Shown piece after piece: positions 51,813-54,106 of a stretch of DNA of 54,106 nucleotides (within the stretch, counting starts at the first letter, position 1; each line of letters opens with the position of its first letter). Where the stretch lies: NCBI RefSeq assembly GCF_001194135.2, contig NC_068983.1:75800498-75854603 (forward strand), given 5' to 3'. The translations under genes and the position numbers were made by a program. The notes below the pieces were generated by a model. It was given only the letters and a program-made list of their open reading frames with translations, was not told the DNA's origin and ran no database searches. Source of the DNA: Octopus bimaculoides (Eukaryota).

Positions 51813-53319
51813 GCTATAATAGAGCACACATAAGTTAAAAAGATGTCTTGCTATGGCTTTCCGTCTTATTGTTTAACATACCGTATCTAGGACTAGCTCA
51901 TCCTTCATATGTTAATTCTTTTTAAGCAGATAGACTGTGATTTAGGGGACATATCTGTCACGGGTTGAGAAACTACACAGAGACCCTCTCGCAGGCTCGT
52001 TTTTGTTGTTGTCAAACTGCAGGTAATCCCTCGAAAAGCGTTCCAGTGGAGACCAAACTTTTATGGAGAAGAGTGTATTTATGACGACAGCGTGTGATTT
52101 GATAGCAGTATCGCAGCCAATTTGAACGATCACTTAAAGACATTTAGCTGTGTGAGAAGTATTAAAATCTGTATAGGCATCAGTGGATTAGCTAGAACTG
52201 ACATCTATTTACATGAGTAGAGTAATTAATAACACACTATCTCGAGACTGTCCATAATATCGAATAAATCACAATTACTAGATTTACTACGGATCTGGAC
52301 AATTATCTAAATTAGTGCTAGTTAATTCAGCGGAGAATTTGCTTCATCTAATTTCAGAGTGCTCTTCTGAGTACAACGAAAAATATCTTTTAAAGGAACG
52401 ACATCGATATAACGAATTCATTTATATATAATGATTCCATGGTGACACAGACATAACTGATGCACTCTGCGTACATTTACTGTCATTTGCACGTGCAGAC
52501 TGTTATGGTTTAACGAACAGGTCCAGTTAAATTTAGCACGTTGTTAGGCAAACTCTACCTTGCTGTTGCTTTGTGAGGATAAAGAAATAGTTGTTTTTGA
52601 GGAGTACCTTTTAAGAAGAACCATTACTGAATGTAAAACTTTCTAGAGCAGGGGAGCTTGTAACGCAATCACTCGACTGGCTTGAAATAGCAGTCAAATC
52701 TTTTTCGTATTATATTTATCATTAAAAGGACACATTAGATAACGTAGTCTTGGTTATAAAAAAAAACAAAAAACAAACAAACAAACAAACAAAAATAAAT
52801 AAATAAATAAGCTATGAGACGTTCAAGAATGGGTCATCTGTGGTCATAGAACTACTTTTACAAGGTCATTTTGAACAACGGCCACAACAACAACAACACT
52901 GACTGAAACGGTTAGGTACACTTCTCGAGACTACATAGTAGCTAATACAGGCCTCCAGAGAACATCTGAACACTGACTTTGGCTGTTAACTGTTGTTGTT
53001 GTTGTTGTTGTTCTTTTTCTTTTTCTTCTTCTTTATCTCCAGGGCAGCTCTGATTGAACAGATCTATCACGAAACGAATTCAAGCCATGACCCCCCGTCT
53101 ATTTAAGAGTATGTATGACTACATTACAAAATCCAACAAATCTCTTCTTTTCGTAAGACAGTCAGGGGAGATTTGGAAGAAAGTCGTTTTCTATTTCTAA
53201 CAGGTCGAATGATCAAACAGAAACTCCCTCGCTGGTTGTTACCAGGAGGCAAATTTAGCAGTTATTACATGTTTTTTTGCAAGAAGTGTCTAACTTCTGA
53301 AGATATTGAAGGCATTCGT

Positions 53320-53740
53320 TTGAGGCTGGTGCAAAAATAATTGCAGTATTTAACCATCAGCTTTAAAAGAATATATCTGATCATAGAATAAATTATATAA
53401 TAATAACTCGGTTTTGTCAAGAAGAAATAAATCAAATCTGGTGGTATATAATTATGGAGTTCGGGAACGGGTGAATTCTAAGAAGGCATTGTGAGCTGCT
53501 GCTTGGTTGTTGAAGATCTTTTACAAAAAGTTGCCGAGATGCAAGTAATAGTAGTAGTTTATTGGAGAGAGATGTTGGGGGTGTAATGTGGCTTAAGTAG
53601 AATTTCGTAGCCCAGTTCATTCAGTTTTTGTTAAGTCACTTATTGGCTATTCAAATACATTTGCTTAAACATTTTTTATTCGGTATCAAAATTTTCGTTG
53701 CACCAAATGTGACCTAGTCACTGACATAATTTCACTGCAT
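53320..53740 (-). mobile_element. Mariner transposase 3' remnant with TIR
   Basis: Minus-strand KLNELGYEILLKPHYTPNISP...NNQAAAHNAFLEF is a decayed PHPPYSPDLSP region. TIR-like gaggctggtgcaaaaataattgcag at ~53322. Confidence 0.75.
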
Positions 53741-54106
53741 CTAGTTTGTGAGGTTGTTAGTTGTGTGGCTGTGTGGTAAGAAGCTTTCTTCCCTCACTAC
53801 AGTGAAGAGGTAATTTTACTGGCTCTCGGTAAGCGTTTTGTTGTGTTGTCATTGCTGTTATTGAATTTTTTTGCTGTTGAACGAAGAAATTATCGTAGAA
53901 AAAACTGTTGAACTGTTTTATTTCCCGGTTCTACCGGGGAATAATTACAAGAATTATTGGATCTTTTTTAAAACGGGGGCCACATTTTTCATTAACGAAA
54001 CACTTTGAAACTTGGAACACTGGTAGAATGTGTCATATAAAACATCTTTTTCTCTTAGTCTTCTTAAAAAAAAAAAATCCCTAAGTTATTCCATGTTAAA
54101 GTTGTC

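Noticed and set aside
53923-53942. Small GC-rich hairpin ttcccggt-tct-accgggaa, and agctactct-atccgg-agagtagct near 33467
   Set aside because: Isolated 8-9-bp stems without family or context; compatible with chance.

Overview
This is AT-rich, repeat-dense animal DNA from a gapped scaffold with eight N-gaps (462-1461, 2649-2895, 6156-6537, 26431-26440, 32024-32304, 37939-38522, 49213-49222, 49918-50423). The SINE families, RTE and R4/Dong LINEs and microsatellite load suggest an octopus or other coleoid cephalopod genome (inference). I recognise no host protein-coding gene, rRNA, true tRNA gene or CRISPR array. Nearly all ORFs in the supplied track come from microsatellites, N-gaps or transposon debris. 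The window holds at least five SINE-like families, several R4/Dong-type LINE fragments sitting in (TAA)n arrays, an RTE LINE, the 5' part of an L1/Tx1 LINE, a hAT transposase fossil, three mariner remnants and a 402-bp foldback MITE. The most notable signal is a complete type I hammerhead ribozyme motif at 48896-48941 (+). A second, decayed copy lies on the opposite strand at 48569-48608. Both sit in a ~330-bp tandem unit in which only the ribozyme-bearing segment is inverted between copies, which resembles a retrozyme or Penelope-like element. All alignments and folds were done by eye; nothing was searched or computed.
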